Notes: a model not told the origin generated them from the letters alone. A DNA stretch of 64,000 bases from Octopus vulgaris (GCA_951406725.2 OX597826.1:17360001-17424000), one strand, 5' to 3'. Shown: positions 1 to 16,378, numbered from the stretch's first letter. A program made the numbers and translations.

Positions 1-940
1 TTTTAGCTTCAAGACTTAGAGAGAAAAACGTGCTTACTTCAAACACATACATTTCATTTTACAGAAAAAGAGAACTTCTTAAATATTTTAGAACAGAGCA
101 TAATTTAGCATATTACCACAACATAACTAGTTTATTACAGATGGAGGGTACGATGCAAATGATTGGCGCTTGTTTTTAGATAGTTCGAAAAGAAGTCTTA
201 AGCGTGTGTTGTTGAATAATGGCAATCTATACAGTTCGATACCGATTAGGAACTCAACAAAATTAAAAGAAAAATATGAATGAATGGAAATGGTTTTAAA
301 TCATATCAAATATACGAAGCACGAGTGGATCACACGTTTTGACTTTAAAAAGGTTAACTTTCTGCTTGGACAACAAGCAGGGTATACTAAATATCTCTCC
401 TTCCTATGTTTATGGGTCAGCAGAGCCAGGGAAGAACATCATTTCAAACAAATCTGGCCAGCACGAACATCACTTACTGTCGGAGTAAAATCGTAATTAA
501 CCCACCTTCGGTGTCCAGAGATAAAATCATATTTTCCCCTCCGCATATCAGACTAGACCTCATTAAATAGTATGTAAAAGCTTTAGATACGAATGGACAG
601 TTTTTCAAATACATGACTTCAATATTTCCAAGTTTAAGTAATGAAAAAGTCAAGGCGGAAACTTTCGACGGTTCACAAAGAAGAGCAGTTATTAAAGATT
701 GCCAAAGAAAAAATGCCTGGTTCTCTTCTTCGTGGAATTGATAGAAAACTTTTTTGGCAACTGTAGGTCAGAAACTACGAAGAAATCGTAAAAAAACTTT
801 TAAGGGGCTACAAAGAATTAGGTTGCGTAAGAACGCATTTTTTAATAGCATTTTATTTTAATTTTGCATTTTTTCAACCTTGGCCAATTTCCAAGTAATT
901 TAGGTGCTCTAAATGACGAACAAGAGGAGATATTCCACAC
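1..940 (+). mobile_element. Decayed DNA-transposon transposase, Chapaev3/CMC-like (5' part outside window)
   Basis: Across frameshifts and stops it reads LASRLREKNVL, DWRLFLDSSKRSLKRVLLNNGN, NFLLGQQAGYTKY.FLCLW.SRA, PHIRLDLIK*YVKALD, FDGSQ, FPSNLGALNDEQ.EIFH. These motifs match this transposase family as I recall it; superfamily label is from memory. Confidence 0.7.
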
Positions 941-1177
941 TTGTGGATCCCCTAAGCCCATGAGACCCCTGGACAAGTGTCCAGTTTGTGCATACTTTAA
1001 GATGCCACTGCGTGTAACACATGAACCAACTAGAAAAACGCGATTCCATTGACCTTAAGTATCTGTGTACTAGCTTTCACCCATCATTACACCATAAGAA
1101 GCAGTTACAGAGCTAACCCATAAAGTATTATTTGAAACTTACTTCTGTATCTTCTAGTGGCATAAGTTCATTAATTA

Positions 1178-1412
1178 TTTATTTCTTAATTTGCCACGGG
1201 GGGGTTAAACATAGAGGGACAAACAAGGATATACAAAGGGATTAAGTTGATTATATCGACCCCAGTGCGTAACTGGTACTTATTTAATCAACTCCAAAAG
1301 AATGAAATGCAAAGTCGACCTCGGCGGAATTTAGACTCTGAACGTAACGGCTGACGAAATACCGCTCAGCATTTCGCCCGACGTGCTAACGATTCAGCCA
1401 GCTCGCTGCCTT
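1178..1412 (-). mobile_element. tRNA-derived SINE, family A (A2 tail type)
   Basis: Reverse complement has an A-box-like GGCTGAATCGTTAGC, a degenerate B-box GAGTCTAAATTCC and the central GTCGACTTTGC.TTTCAT.CTTT block shared by >15 copies in the window. Confidence 0.85.
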
Positions 1413-1437
1413 AAGTTCATTAGTTATTAACTGCCGC

Positions 1438-1560
1438 ATGCGTTCAAATTCTGCCGAGGTCGACTTTACCTTTCATCCTTTCGAGATCGATAAATTAAGT
1501 ATCAGTTGTCCCCTCCCAAAAACTTTCGGGCCTTGTGTCTAGAGTAGAAAATAATATTAT
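1438..1560 (+). mobile_element. SINE family A, 5'-truncated
   Basis: GTTCAAATTCTGCCGAGGTCGACTTTACCTTTCATCC...GGCCTTGTGTCTAGAGTAGAAA. Confidence 0.8.
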
Positions 1561-2641
1561 TAACTGCTTCATGAAATAATTTACATACTCATTTATGCTA
1601 ATGAACTTGAAGTTAACCAAAATCTCGATATTGGCAACTAATGTCCCATTACTAAGAGCCGCATGAAGCAGGATTTTCCATTCTGATTTCCGTTGTAGGT
1701 GAAACTCAACCTCTCAAAAGAAAGATGGTTGAGATTTAGACTCTCAGTGTGCAGTCGAAATATATATTTAGTTTTAAATTGTTAAAATAGTAATTTATTC
1801 GAACTTAAACATATTTGTTTACGCAGCAGGTAATGCGCCATTCGATTTCTATTGGTAGTTATTTTAGACAGAAATGATCTATGAACGTAAATCTCTGACT
1901 ATGTGTGTGTGTATGTGTGTGGGGCTGTCCAATGCGTGTTTATCTATTTGTGTGTAAGTGTAATTTTTTTCCCTACACCTTTTCTACAATCAATAGAAAC
2001 ACATCCCAAAATAGCCATACTTATCTAACCATATGTACCCTTTAACTTTCTTACTTTTTATTAATTATTTCACGCCAAATTTAGAATAATCTTCAAACAC
2101 CTTATGTTGCCTTAAAGCTGATTATCATCCTTAATCTTTCATTTCCTTTTACTTTTAGTTTTTTTGTGTGTTTTTTGGATATATTTTTTCATGATCTTTA
2201 TTTTTTGTATATTCTATACATCTTTTCTCCCTCTCATATATGTGGACTTCTAGAGCTCTTTTGTAGTTTTGTTCTGCCAGACCTCCTGGTCATAAGCTAA
2301 CCCCCAACAGTTTAGCGAATTAAAATAACCTCCTGTTTTAAATGATTTCCTTTACTGCAGATTCGGCCATTTTCACTAAATGTTCAGAAAAACATTTGAT
2401 TCTAGAAATAGTAAGTGAACTGAACTATGTGAACTTTAAATAGAAGGTCGTGATGTAGGTCACAAACTAGGTTTTGATTCTGAAGCACCAGAGCAGATAC
2501 GTCCGGTATCAAAACCACCCCACCTCTGTTAATAATGGTGGAACTGAATAATTATGCATAATAGAAAGGATAAAATAATACCAATCGTTCGTCACTCAGC
2601 TAAAACTGCTGCAACTATGAAATCTATTCTAGAATATACTT

Positions 2642-2912
<271 letters not shown>

Positions 2913-2959
2913 TATAATGATATAAACGATTTTTTTTATATAAAAGTACTAATAATTTA

Positions 2960-3395
2960 CTTTCTACTATAGTTACAAGGCCTGAAATTTTGAGGGAGGC
3001 AACAATCGCTTAGAACAGCCCCAATGCTCAACTGATACATATTTTATCGAACTCGAAAAGATGACAAGCAAAAGCGACCTCAGGGTAGTGGGGGATGAAC
3101 TAAGAATATAAAGACGGACTAAGTGCCCCTAAGCATTTTGTCTGGAGTGTTATCGATTCTGTCAACTCACCGCCAAAAGAATTATTTCTGCAATAGGCAC
3201 AATGCCTAAAATTTTGGAGAGGTGGCTAGTCGTTTATATCAACCTCAGTACTTGCCTGCTGCTTATTTTATCGGCCTGGAGGGATATAAAAGACAAAGTC
3301 GACTTCGATTGAATTTGAACTCAGAATTTAATGCTAGAAGAAATGCCATCTAACATTTTGTCTGGCGTGCTAACGATTCTTCCGGCTCACTGCCT

Positions 3396-3397
<2 letters not shown>
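2960..3397 (-). mobile_element. Two head-to-tail diverged SINE family A copies
   Basis: Two units start TTCT.C.ATAG..ACAA.GCCT.AAATTTTG (2960, 3186) and end CTCAC.GCC. Confidence 0.75.
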
Positions 3398-3426
<29 letters not shown>

Positions 3427-3563
3427 AAGAAGAAGAAGAAGAAGAAGAAGAAGAAGAAGAAGAAGAAGAAGAAGAAGACGAAGAAGAAGGAGGAGGAGGA
3501 GGTGGAGGTGGAGGAGGAGGAGAAGAAGAAGACGAAGAACAGCAACAACAACAACAAAAAGAA
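3398..3563. repeat. (GAA)n/(GAG)n/(CAA)n microsatellite
   Basis: Directly visible. Confidence 0.95.
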
Positions 3564-5013
<1,450 letters not shown>

Positions 5014-5020
<7 letters not shown>

Positions 5021-5248
5021 TTGTCTTAACTGGTACATCACACGTATTGAGAAGAGCATTGTCGATGTGAGAACTATTACTACCCATGTATTTTAATTTA
5101 ACTTTATTTCTATCAAAAAAAAATGAACGAACTAGTGAGTTTAGTTTAATGGCCTACCAATGTATACTATGAGTTTCTTTGCCCTAGGAGTCGGGAAGAC
5201 ACTCGGCAAGAAATGAAAGCAGATTTGAAAGAAGAAGAAAAACTCATA
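5014..5248 (+). mobile_element. Extreme 3' fragment of a second R4/Dong-like element
   Basis: KKIVLTGTSHVLRRALSM* is homologous to the C-terminus of the element at 3564-4870; followed by a different 3' UTR and (TAA)n. Confidence 0.7.
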
Positions 5249-5329
<81 letters not shown>

Positions 5330-5400
5330 TTCTACTTTGGGCACAAGGCCTGAAATTTGGAGAAATGGATTAAGTCGATTATACATCGACTCCCGAAAAG
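5249..5400 (-). mobile_element. (TAA)n tail plus 3' part of SINE family A
   Basis: (TAA)n directly followed by TTCTACTTTGGGCACAAGGCCTGAAATTT...GTCGATTATACATCGAC. Confidence 0.75.
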
Positions 5401-6089
5401 AAGGAGGAGAAGGAGGAGGATAATGACAACGATGATGAAGAGGATTTGTCATGTAGGGAAAAGATGAATTTCTTTGCAGAAGCTAGAATAAATCGATGGA
5501 AATCGACTCAAATCAAGTATTTTATCGATCCGATGGATAATGAAAGATGAAGTGCACTCAGGTCCATAGTGCAGATAGTAATGACTAAATATTGGACCGA
5601 CATACAACAAGGCTGAATCATCTCTGATAATGATTTCTTATATTTATGTAATCCCAGAAGTTGTGACGGAAAAACAACGTTCAATAGAAACGATCCTATG
5701 TTACTTGTTACTTTATTGACTTTTGAGACCTAAAAATCATCGCAGTTGGATATAAACTCAGAATGTAATATGATGTATCCTTCTTTAAAAACTCAAGTAA
5801 ATATCTTTTTTAATACTGCTAGAAGTTTAGGTCAGCGTTTTACTGATTCAATTACAATATTGCCATTTGGAATGATTGATTACATTAGCAATCGGCCATA
5901 CATATGTGAAGAACTGATATTTGAATTAAGCTTCGTACATGCTCTAATCCATCACGCCCACCACTGGAGGATCATAAAGTTGATCCAGACAGGATCTCAA
6001 ATTAGAAGAGACACCTGCAAAACTGAATATTATGTAATTTGTAGTCTAGTGTTCTTTCATCCTTACCTAATAATACAATTATAATAATA

Positions 6090-6302
6090 TCCTTTCTACT
6101 ATAGCAACAGGGAGTGAAATTTTGCACGAAGGGCGTTAATCGATTACATCGACCCCAATTCTCGACTGGTGCTTATTTTATCGAAACCGAAAAGATGAAA
6201 GGCAAAGCCAACCTCGGTGGAATTTGAGCTCAGACCTTAAAGACTGGCGAAAGACTCTAAGCATTTTGCGCAGCGCTGTAACGATTCTGCCAGCTCGCCG
6301 CC
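6090..6302 (-). mobile_element. SINE family A, near full length
   Basis: CTTTCTACTATAG...GATGAAAGGCAAAG.CAACCTCGG.GGAATTTGA...CTGCCAGCTCGCCGCC. Confidence 0.85.
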
Positions 6303-6594
6303 CTCTGCAAAAATAATAATATCGGTAATTGAAAATGGTGGAGTTGTATTGTGGTGTTTAATGGCGTCCATTTACTTTATCAGTTGAAATCACCCCAAAC
6401 AGCGACAAGTAGTGAGATCTATTTAATTGACTTTGACCTTCACCCAACATATTTATTGCTAACGCTATCATGGTGATAATGATTTTGATTAGTTCTTTAA
6501 TATTTACTGGATCCTGAAAGGGTGGAGGAAATATGAATGTACATCAAAAATGTTAAACAATTGCAAGGTTCCATTAAACGGTTCACAACAAAAG

Positions 6595-6992
6595 ACATAC
6601 AAACATACATACATAATTCATACATACATACATACACACATACATACATACATGCATACATACATGCATACATACATAATACATACATAATACATACATA
6701 CATACACACACATACACACACACATACGTACATACATACATGCATACATACATACATACATACATACATACATACATACATACATACATACATACATACA
6801 TACATACATGCATACATACATACATACATGCATACATACATACATACATACATACATACATACATACATACATACATACATGCATACATACATACATACA
6901 TACATACATACATACATACATACATGCATGCATATATACATACATACATACATACATACATACATACATACATACATACATACATACATACA
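6595..6992. repeat. (CATA)n tetranucleotide microsatellite
   Basis: Directly visible. Confidence 0.95.
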
Positions 6993-8149
6993 GTTATAAG
7001 TATCATACTCACCTCCATAATTTATACTTAAATTTTATTTTTCACATTTGGCTAGGAACGTTTGAGGGTTTTATAAAGTTATTAGACACTCAAAAAAACT
7101 TTAGTGGAATTCGTACTTCCCTGGGGGTGTTACTTTGTTAGAGTGGGTTGTTAAAGATATAAAGATGGTGTAATTGTGTACTACTATGATATTTCTAGTT
7201 TTCTCTACAGCAGTTTATGTACAAAAGTTTTGATTAAAATGTGATGCGTTTATTGAAGTATTATCGAAGATACCCTTTGACATTGATTTAAGATTAATTG
7301 GCGATGTATTCCAGAGAGGCGGTTTGTGGTGGAGGATGTGATGTTTAAACACTTATTAGATTAATAATCTGATTACTGGAAAAAATATTATAACCTCACA
7401 ACTGTTGTAATTTATCATATTAAGTAATGTTTTACGGATTTTGTTCAATAATGGCTGTTGTTTACCTCCAAAGGCAAACTTGTGATAAACAGTGTTTCAG
7501 CAGTGATCGTCGTGTATTTTTCTATATCAAAACACTTTACTGTCCAGGGAAACTTTTCCGCTTGTAACATAATGGCGAACGATCTTTGAAATATTTAGCA
7601 GCTATTTCTACCCTCATTTTCTCAGTAGTCATCCATTTTGCTTGATTTTTATCTTGTATACTTGTTACTGCAATTAGTTTTGCGATCTCGTGATGTTTGG
7701 TGCAGTGAGCGGTGTCTCCCTGCTCTGTTCGTCACGTTGTGTATGTCACAAGGTCGACATTGTAGTCTGACGTTTACGACCTTATTTCAGAGAAAATTGA
7801 TATTTGTAGTTTCTCCAATTTACAGTTGAGGAAAATATATTGAAGAATCGAATTTCATGTAGCAGCTGTTGTTCATTGTCTTAAGACGGATCAATGGTGG
7901 AACAGCTTGTTCAATAGTCTGAAATACATGTGGGTACATATTTTATGGATATGCATGTGTATGCATGCGTTTCTGGGTATCTCTTAGTATTTGTGTATAG
8001 CTTTGTGTTTACGAGTACGTATGCTTATGGTTGTATTTTTGAAGTGTATAGATGCGTGTAAATGAATCAGTGGTTCGTGTAAGATATAAGTACAATAATC
8101 AGGTTTAACCACTAATGGCGAGACACCGTGGAAACTTCTTTGCAGTCGT

Positions 8150-8280
8150 TCGATCTGCAAGAGAAAGTAGTCAAATCTGGTGAACTAAGAGGCTACTGTT
8201 CTAAAATTGGTAAGTTACATTGGAAACCTTAGTCTTTGAAAAGTAAGACGGGATAATCAAGGCTGGAAAGTCTTTGATAT
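8150..8280 (+). mobile_element. Dispersed short repeat family D (related copies ~7465-7610 -, 19945-20100 +, 20870-21030 -, 32535-32625 +, 51680-51850 +)
   Basis: Shared degenerate motifs AGAAATAGCAG.CAAATCT, AAGG..ACATTGGA, GACGGGAT..TCA.GGCTG among the listed copies. Confidence 0.55.
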
Positions 8281-8412
8281 CGACACCAGGAGGATGAAAG
8301 GCAAAGTCGATCTCGGCGGAATTTGAACAAAGAAACTCAAGACATAAATACGGTCGAAGTGCCGCTTATCATTTTGCCCAGCGTGCTAACGATTCTGCCT
8401 ACTTGCTGCCTT
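8278..8412 (-). mobile_element. SINE family A, 5' half
   Basis: GGATGAAAGGCAAAGTCGATCTCGGCGGAATTTGAAC...GTGCTAACGATTCTGCC. Confidence 0.8.
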
Positions 8413-8799
8413 GAGGCTTATAAAAATTTTTTGGTTGAGCAGTTATTATTACATTAGTGAATTTTTTTTGTTATTACATTAGTAAAATCACAACGTGAGG
8501 TGCTTATGATAAGACAATATAGAAAGAAAAAGAAGGAAAGAGAGTGACAGAGGCCAGGGGAAAGAAAATGAACACAAAGGAAAGGAAATATACTGGATAG
8601 GAAAGAGTTTGAAAGAAAGAAGTTAGGAAAGATAATAAGAAATGCCTTATTGAATGTATCACAATATCACAATGGAAGTAAACGATACGATAAATATTAT
8701 TTCTAGAGAGGATATTTTTATTAGGGAGAGAGTGAAAAAGGAAAAGGTATGAAACGGAAGTGTAAGACATCGCGGCTATAAAAGAGGCCAAAAGCTGAA

Positions 8800-9160
8800 A
8801 AAGAAGAGAGAGAGCAAGAGAAAATAGGAGAGGGAAGAAGAAAAAGTAGGAGAGAGAAGAAGAGAAAGTAGGAGAGAGAACAAGAGAAAGTGGGAGAGAG
8901 AACAAGAGAAAGTAGGAGAGAGAACAAGAAGAGAAAGTAGGAGAGAGAGCAAGAGAAAGTAGGAGAGAGAACAAGAGAAAGTAGGAGAGAGAACAAGAGA
9001 AAGTAGGAGAGAGAAAGTAGGAGAGAGAACAAGAGAAAGTAGGAGAGAGAACAAGAGAAAGTAGGGGAGAGAACAAGAGAAAGTGGGAGAGAGAACAAGA
9101 GAAAGTGGGAGAGAGAAGAGGAGAAAGTAGGAGAGAGAAGAAGAGAAAGTAGGAGAGAGG
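8800..9160. repeat. Purine-rich minisatellite, ~22-bp unit GAGAAAGTAGGAGAGAGAACAA
   Basis: About 15 imperfect tandem units visible. Confidence 0.9.
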
Positions 9161-9484
9161 GTTAAAAGCAGGAAAGAAGAGAATGTACGAAGGAAAGTGC
9201 ACAAGACACTTGGGAGATATTTATTAATACGGTAAGAATAATGAAGAAATTGTCTGTTCTAATAGAACAGACAATTCCTTCATTATAGACATTGCCTTAT
9301 AAACAGACAATAGGTGTAGTAAATTAACCTTACCTTATCTTTCTAATATAAAAAGTTAATGTAAGGTTAATTTGGTACGTGTATAAGGAGGGGAAGAACG
9401 GAAGGTAAACGACTGGGAAATAAAGTCTTGAAAAACAGAGCGTCAGAGTGAGAGATGTGCATGTATGCGTGTGTTTGTGTTTGT

Positions 9485-9519
<35 letters not shown>

Positions 9520-10999
9520 TGCACTTGGAAAATACAGTAATAAATAATTAAGGAAAGAAAGAGGGTAAGAAAGCTAGCTTAAAGGGAGAAGGAAGTCCAA
9601 GCAATTCCCCTAATTTTCCGTTCTTATTTCTTACCATTTTCTCTCCCTTCTCCACAAGCAGTATTTTTCACTAACATACACACGGGTTTTTCTGGCCAAG
9701 AAATGATATCTGTTAGATCCAATTGAGGATATAATTATAAAGGTGGGTCCTCCTTCTTCTGAAAGCATAAGTTGTCGTTTCTATAATTTTCTATACGGAG
9801 TTCTGTACGGAGTTTGATGTGATATGTATTTGGGTAGCAAATAGCTTTTGATTCATTTTGTTTTTCATTGTTTCATGTTATTTCTGACTTTTATTTATTT
9901 TTCTTTAGCTTTTGGGCGAAAATACAGTCTAAGAAGACGTTTATGTTTGCCCCATCAAATATCGATATGGGACAAGTAAAATTTTTCCTCTTTTCGATCT
10001 CCTGAATCTATAAATTTATTATAAAAGTATGAGGTCCAATTTACCAACCCCATTGTTATTGTTGTTGTATACCCAAGGATTTTCATATTTGAAAGTTTTC
10101 CTAATTCTTGCACATTGATTTCCGCGGCTCTGGACTACCCACCAAAAAACGGGAATTTCCGTTTTTAGCCATTTTTAGGCAATGAAAATTGATATTTAGA
10201 GTAGTTTCAAATGCGGTATTTCTACATTTCTATACTCACCATCATGTGTATTTTCAGAATATATATGTTCTTATATATAGTTTATATATATATATATATA
10301 GTTTTATATATGCTGATAAGAAGTTATGGTTCAAAAATTGAATAAAAACACTGAATTTAAAAATGTTTTCACTTGATGCCATTTTTACACATACACACAC
10401 ACACACACACACATACACACACCTGAGGAAATGAATTTATATATTCAGTTATGATTTCAAACCTTAAGATGAGATTAGAGAAGGTAGGATGCTGACCAAC
10501 AGTTGTTTTTATTTACTCCCACTTAAACATAGATGTTCCGTTCGAACAAACTTTACTGTGGTAGATACTACGAGAGAAACTTATCATATAGGACTTTGGT
10601 GCAAAATACCCACTTTGTTTATATCGGCAGCGGGGAGATAAATCCCTACCAACTCCAGCGTCGAGATTTCGTAATTTCAATCTTCCTTGATGTCATCGGT
10701 GATGGATGCTCGATCCCTAGAGATAGCAGTGACTCAACTCCCCGCAAGTTATATATAATGATTACCCAGTTAGCTTATTCAAACATATATATTAGCGACA
10801 GAGGCGATATTAATACCGAGAGGTAATATTTACTCGCACGATCTGTTAGAACAAACTGTATTGCGATAGATACCATGAAAGAAACTCTCATATAAGCTTT
10901 TCTTGCATATATTAGCGATAGGCAGTATTTTTGAACAACCTAAAGATTGTTAAGTAATAGTTACCTAAACTTTAAATGGAACAGACATTTCTTCGTTAT

Positions 11000-11110
11000 T
11001 TCGCCAAGGTCGACTTTGCCTTTCATCCTATCGGTGTCGATAAATTAAGTACCAGTTGCGACTGGTCCCGCCCCAAAAATTTCGGGCCTTGTCCTTGAGT
11101 AGAAAAAAAA
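11000..11110 (+). mobile_element. 5'-truncated SINE family A with probable target-site duplication
   Basis: Flanked by TTTCTTCGTTAT / TTTCTTCATTAT; the uninterrupted host sequence is seen at 9263-9325. Confidence 0.7.
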
Positions 11111-11499
11111 TTTCTTCATTATAGACACTGCCTTATAAACCGATAATTGGGATAGTAATTTTCAGGTATTGCTTCTCTCATGGATACTAACAAATGGTGT
11201 CAATTTCTTAGTATCCAAATTTTGCGACAGACCTTTATTGAATTTTACTGAAACGACCACATACACAAACACACAGACACACTCACACACAAACACGCAC
11301 AAACACACAAGCACTCACACACACACTGACTCACATTAATATAATTGCAGTTTTATATAGTTTCTCTTGATTATGTGTCCCTCTATTAGAAAAGGCAGTT
11401 TCTTCAATAATATTCATAAATGTCTAGTATTTTACAGCCCTTCCTCCCACACGAACTTTCTATTTGCTTCCTACTCGCTATGGTCCTTCCTCTTGTCGG

Positions 11500-11619
<120 letters not shown>

Positions 11620-12085
11620 ACTCTTTTTCTCTCTCTTCTTTTTCTTCTTCTTCTGGGCAGATTTTCTAGTTGTTTTCCCATCCGCTTCTTAAAAAATATA
11701 TAGTCTCTATAATTATAACTTTAATGAATTATTTGGCACCCCAGAAACCGAAGTACTCCTTGCCAACCCTACTTTCTATCTTTCTTTTCTCTTTCATTCT
11801 TTCCTCCTTTCCTCATATCAAGATATTTCTTCATATTTTCTTTCTCTTCATTGTCCCCTCCTTTCCCTCTGTTCCCTCGCCTTAATCCACTGTTTTTTCT
11901 CTCTAAGTCCTTCTATCTTTCAATGGCATAATGATTTACCTTGTTATCTTGTCCACGAGTCAGATTCAAGCTTATATTCGGAACTAAGAGTCTTATTAGT
12001 TTTGAACTTTGCTTTTGCAACCGTTTCAACTTGTAAATTAAATGCAAAGTAGTTATGTGTTACTCGGTATAAACAAAGGTGAAAG

Positions 12086-12153
<68 letters not shown>

Positions 12154-12155
12154 TG

Positions 12156-13312
<1,157 letters not shown>

Positions 13313-13427
13313 CCGCTAGGCATTTGTCCGACGCACCAATAATTCTGCCTGCTCGATGCCTTCTTCCAAAATATAAGTATGAGATCAATTAATACCATTA
13401 TAACAGCGAAATGAAACTCTGCTAACT

Positions 13428-16045
13428 CGTTAGTAATTAAGATTCACTTAGCTTTCTATCTAAACTCCATTAACTGTAAATAAGCAAGAATTATTCGCCT
13501 CTACATAACTGACTAGTTTTGGTTATTGTTTTTCTTTTTCTTCAACGGATGGCGGGGAAGAAACCATTTTCTAATGGATTGGTCTATCAGTGGTTTGTGT
13601 AGGTTCTCTGAGACTGGATATATTAATGCTACTAACATTCCCCCTGAACTGTTTCAAGTGGAATGATGAAAAATAAACATGTGCAAGAAAGTGGACCTTT
13701 CCAGACGACAAACATTTTACTACGAAAGAAAAACTGGGTATTATGGTAAGTGCGGAGCTTGGCGTAGAGATAACACAGGATGCAGAGAGAGGATAGAGAG
13801 TGATTCTAGAATGTCTCAACAGTAGTTAAACGAGACACACCAGATCCAAGAACAGAGGCCATTGTAGTACTACTTTAAAACATATGAATAACAGTGCATT
13901 ATTGTCGAGTAAGAACTTTTGAGTTATTCCATGACAGTGTATCATGAGGTTGAAGAAACCCGTCGTTGATACATTAAGGAACCTATCTCGTAACCAAGGA
14001 ACCAATCCATTAAGTTTAATTTGACAACAGGCATTGCAGCATTTCTTCTGACTTTTTGTGCTATTTTTGAGTACTGAAACATAGTTGTCGTTAGTAATTA
14101 AGATTCACTTAGCTTTCTATCTAAACTCCATTAACTGTAAATAAGCAAGAATTATTCGCCTCTACATAACTGACTAGTTTTGGTTATTGTTTTTCTTTTT
14201 CTTCAACGGATGGCGGGGAAGAAACCATTTTCTAATGGATTGGTCTATCAGTGGTTTGTGTAGGTTCTCTGAGACCGGATAGATTAATGCTACTAACATT
14301 GCCCTGAACTGCTTCAAAGTCGAATGATGAAAAATAAACATTTGCAGGTAGTTTTTGTGTTTTTCCGTGTACTTTCTAATGTGTTCCTATAACTGTTTAA
14401 ACCTGTCTCCATTCAAATCCTGTTACTACGTGGCACCTTGGGCAAGTGTCTTCTACTATAGCCTCGGGCCGACCAAAGCCTTGTGAGTGGATTTGGTAGA
14501 CGGAAACTGAAAGACCTGTGTGGCTGACACAGAAAATATTATTATATTTTGCTTGTTATTATGATGATTATTGTATTGTTCGTTAAGAGCATTGGATGGG
14601 TAGAATTATTAGAACGTTAGAGAAAATGGTTTCTGGAATTTAATTGATGTCCTTTTACGTTTTGGTGTCAAATCCCACAAAGATTAGAATTTGTTTTCCA
14701 GTTTCAGGAAGAATTTGCGTTGTTGCTGGTTATTCATTTGACAATTTAAGCTTAGTACCACAAATTAGTATCACAAATTCATGGAGGTTGCGGGGTGAGA
14801 GAGTGTGTGAGTAAGTGTATTGGTATGTGTGTATATTGATGAGTGAGTGTGTGTATTGGTATGTGTGTGTGTACTGATGTGTGCGTGTGTTCATATCTAT
14901 GTGTATGTTTGTGTCTATGCATGACTGCGATAGTGATGGTTAGAGAAATCCCTATTTTAAAACAGTGAGAAAACACTGCAAGCCTGTCGGCAAGAAGTTG
15001 ATGAGTGTTTGTGAATGACTTCACGCCATCCATTCGAGTGTCTTTAGTATTTAGTAACAATGGTTGCAGATTCGTAAATAGGACCCTTAAAAGATGGATA
15101 ACACAGCAGAATCGTTAGAATGTCAGACAATAGGCATTGCAGCATTTCTTCTGACTTTTTGTGCTATTTTTGAGTACTGAAACATAGTTGTGGTTGGAAT
15201 ATAGAAGACATTCGAAGTACAGGTTGCTGGTAAAAATATCAGGAAAATATTACAATGAGTATATTTGAATGCATTAGGTTAATGTACGATGCGTGAAATG
15301 GCAAGCAAGGACAAACATTGGGTGCTCTAACCTGGCTAAGTCAGTGATTTCTCATCCATATGTGGAAGATAATTCTAAATGTTTTTCATACTTTAATGTT
15401 TAATTATATTTTGTTTGGTAGTTTTTGTGTGTTTCCGTGCAATTTCTAATGTGTTCCTATAACTTTTTAAACCTGTCATCCATTCCATACATCCTGTTAC
15501 ATCACATACATACTACATACTTTATATAGTCTGAACGGGTCAGTTACATATATTTGTAAATCTCTTTTTCACTTTATATTTTATTGTATCACTTCAAGAC
15601 ACAGAAAAGATTATTATATTTTGCTTTTTATTATGATGATTACTGTATTGTTCGTTAAGAGCATTGGATGGGTAGAATTATTAGAACGTTAGAGAAAATG
15701 GTTTCTGGAATTTAATTGATGTCCTTTTACGTTTTAGTGTCAAATCCCACAAAGATTAAATTTGTTTTCCAGTTTCAGGGAAGAATGTGCGTTGTTGCTG
15801 GTTATTCATTTGACAATTTAAGCTTAGTACCACAAATTAGTATCACAAATTCAAGGAGGTTGTGGGGTGAGAGAGTGTGTGAGTGAGTGTATTGGTATGT
15901 GTGTGTATTGGTGAGTGAGTGTGTGCATTGGTATGTGTGTGTGTGTGTGTGTGTACTGATGTGTGCGTGTGTTCATATCTATGTGTATGTTTGAGTGTAT
16001 GCATGACTGCGATAGTGATGGTTAGAGAAATCCCTATTTTCAAAA
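13428..16045. repeat. Complex local duplication (13428-13686 ~ 14089-14346; 14024-14965 ~ 15125-16045 with two replaced internal blocks)
   Basis: Near-identical blocks visible by direct comparison. Confidence 0.85.
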
Positions 16046-16200
16046 GTGGTGACAGCCTAGCAGTATGATATGATTCCAAATGACACCAATCGTGTGAATG
16101 TCCAATGCCCTAACAATGTAGTGATGCGGATTTTTACACTGGAAAACACAAGAAAAGATACGCGCGCACGCAGACAAATACACACATATAGTTGTATATA

Positions 16201-16236
<36 letters not shown>

Positions 16237-16378
16237 TGTATGCATATATACATACATGCATTTATATATATATATATATTTTGATTACGTCCATCAGATG
16301 TAGCTACACATCGCTGGTCACAATGCGTTCGCCAAATGCGTTCGCCTTCAAATGCGTTCGCCTTCAAATGACGCCAAA

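Noticed and set aside
9578-10470. Possible Kolobok-like element between TTAA sites
   Set aside because: Could not verify terminal inverted repeats.
13680-13900. Possible LINE ORF1 remnant (EKLGIMVSAELGVEITQDAER...IVVL)
   Set aside because: Vague similarity only, several stops.
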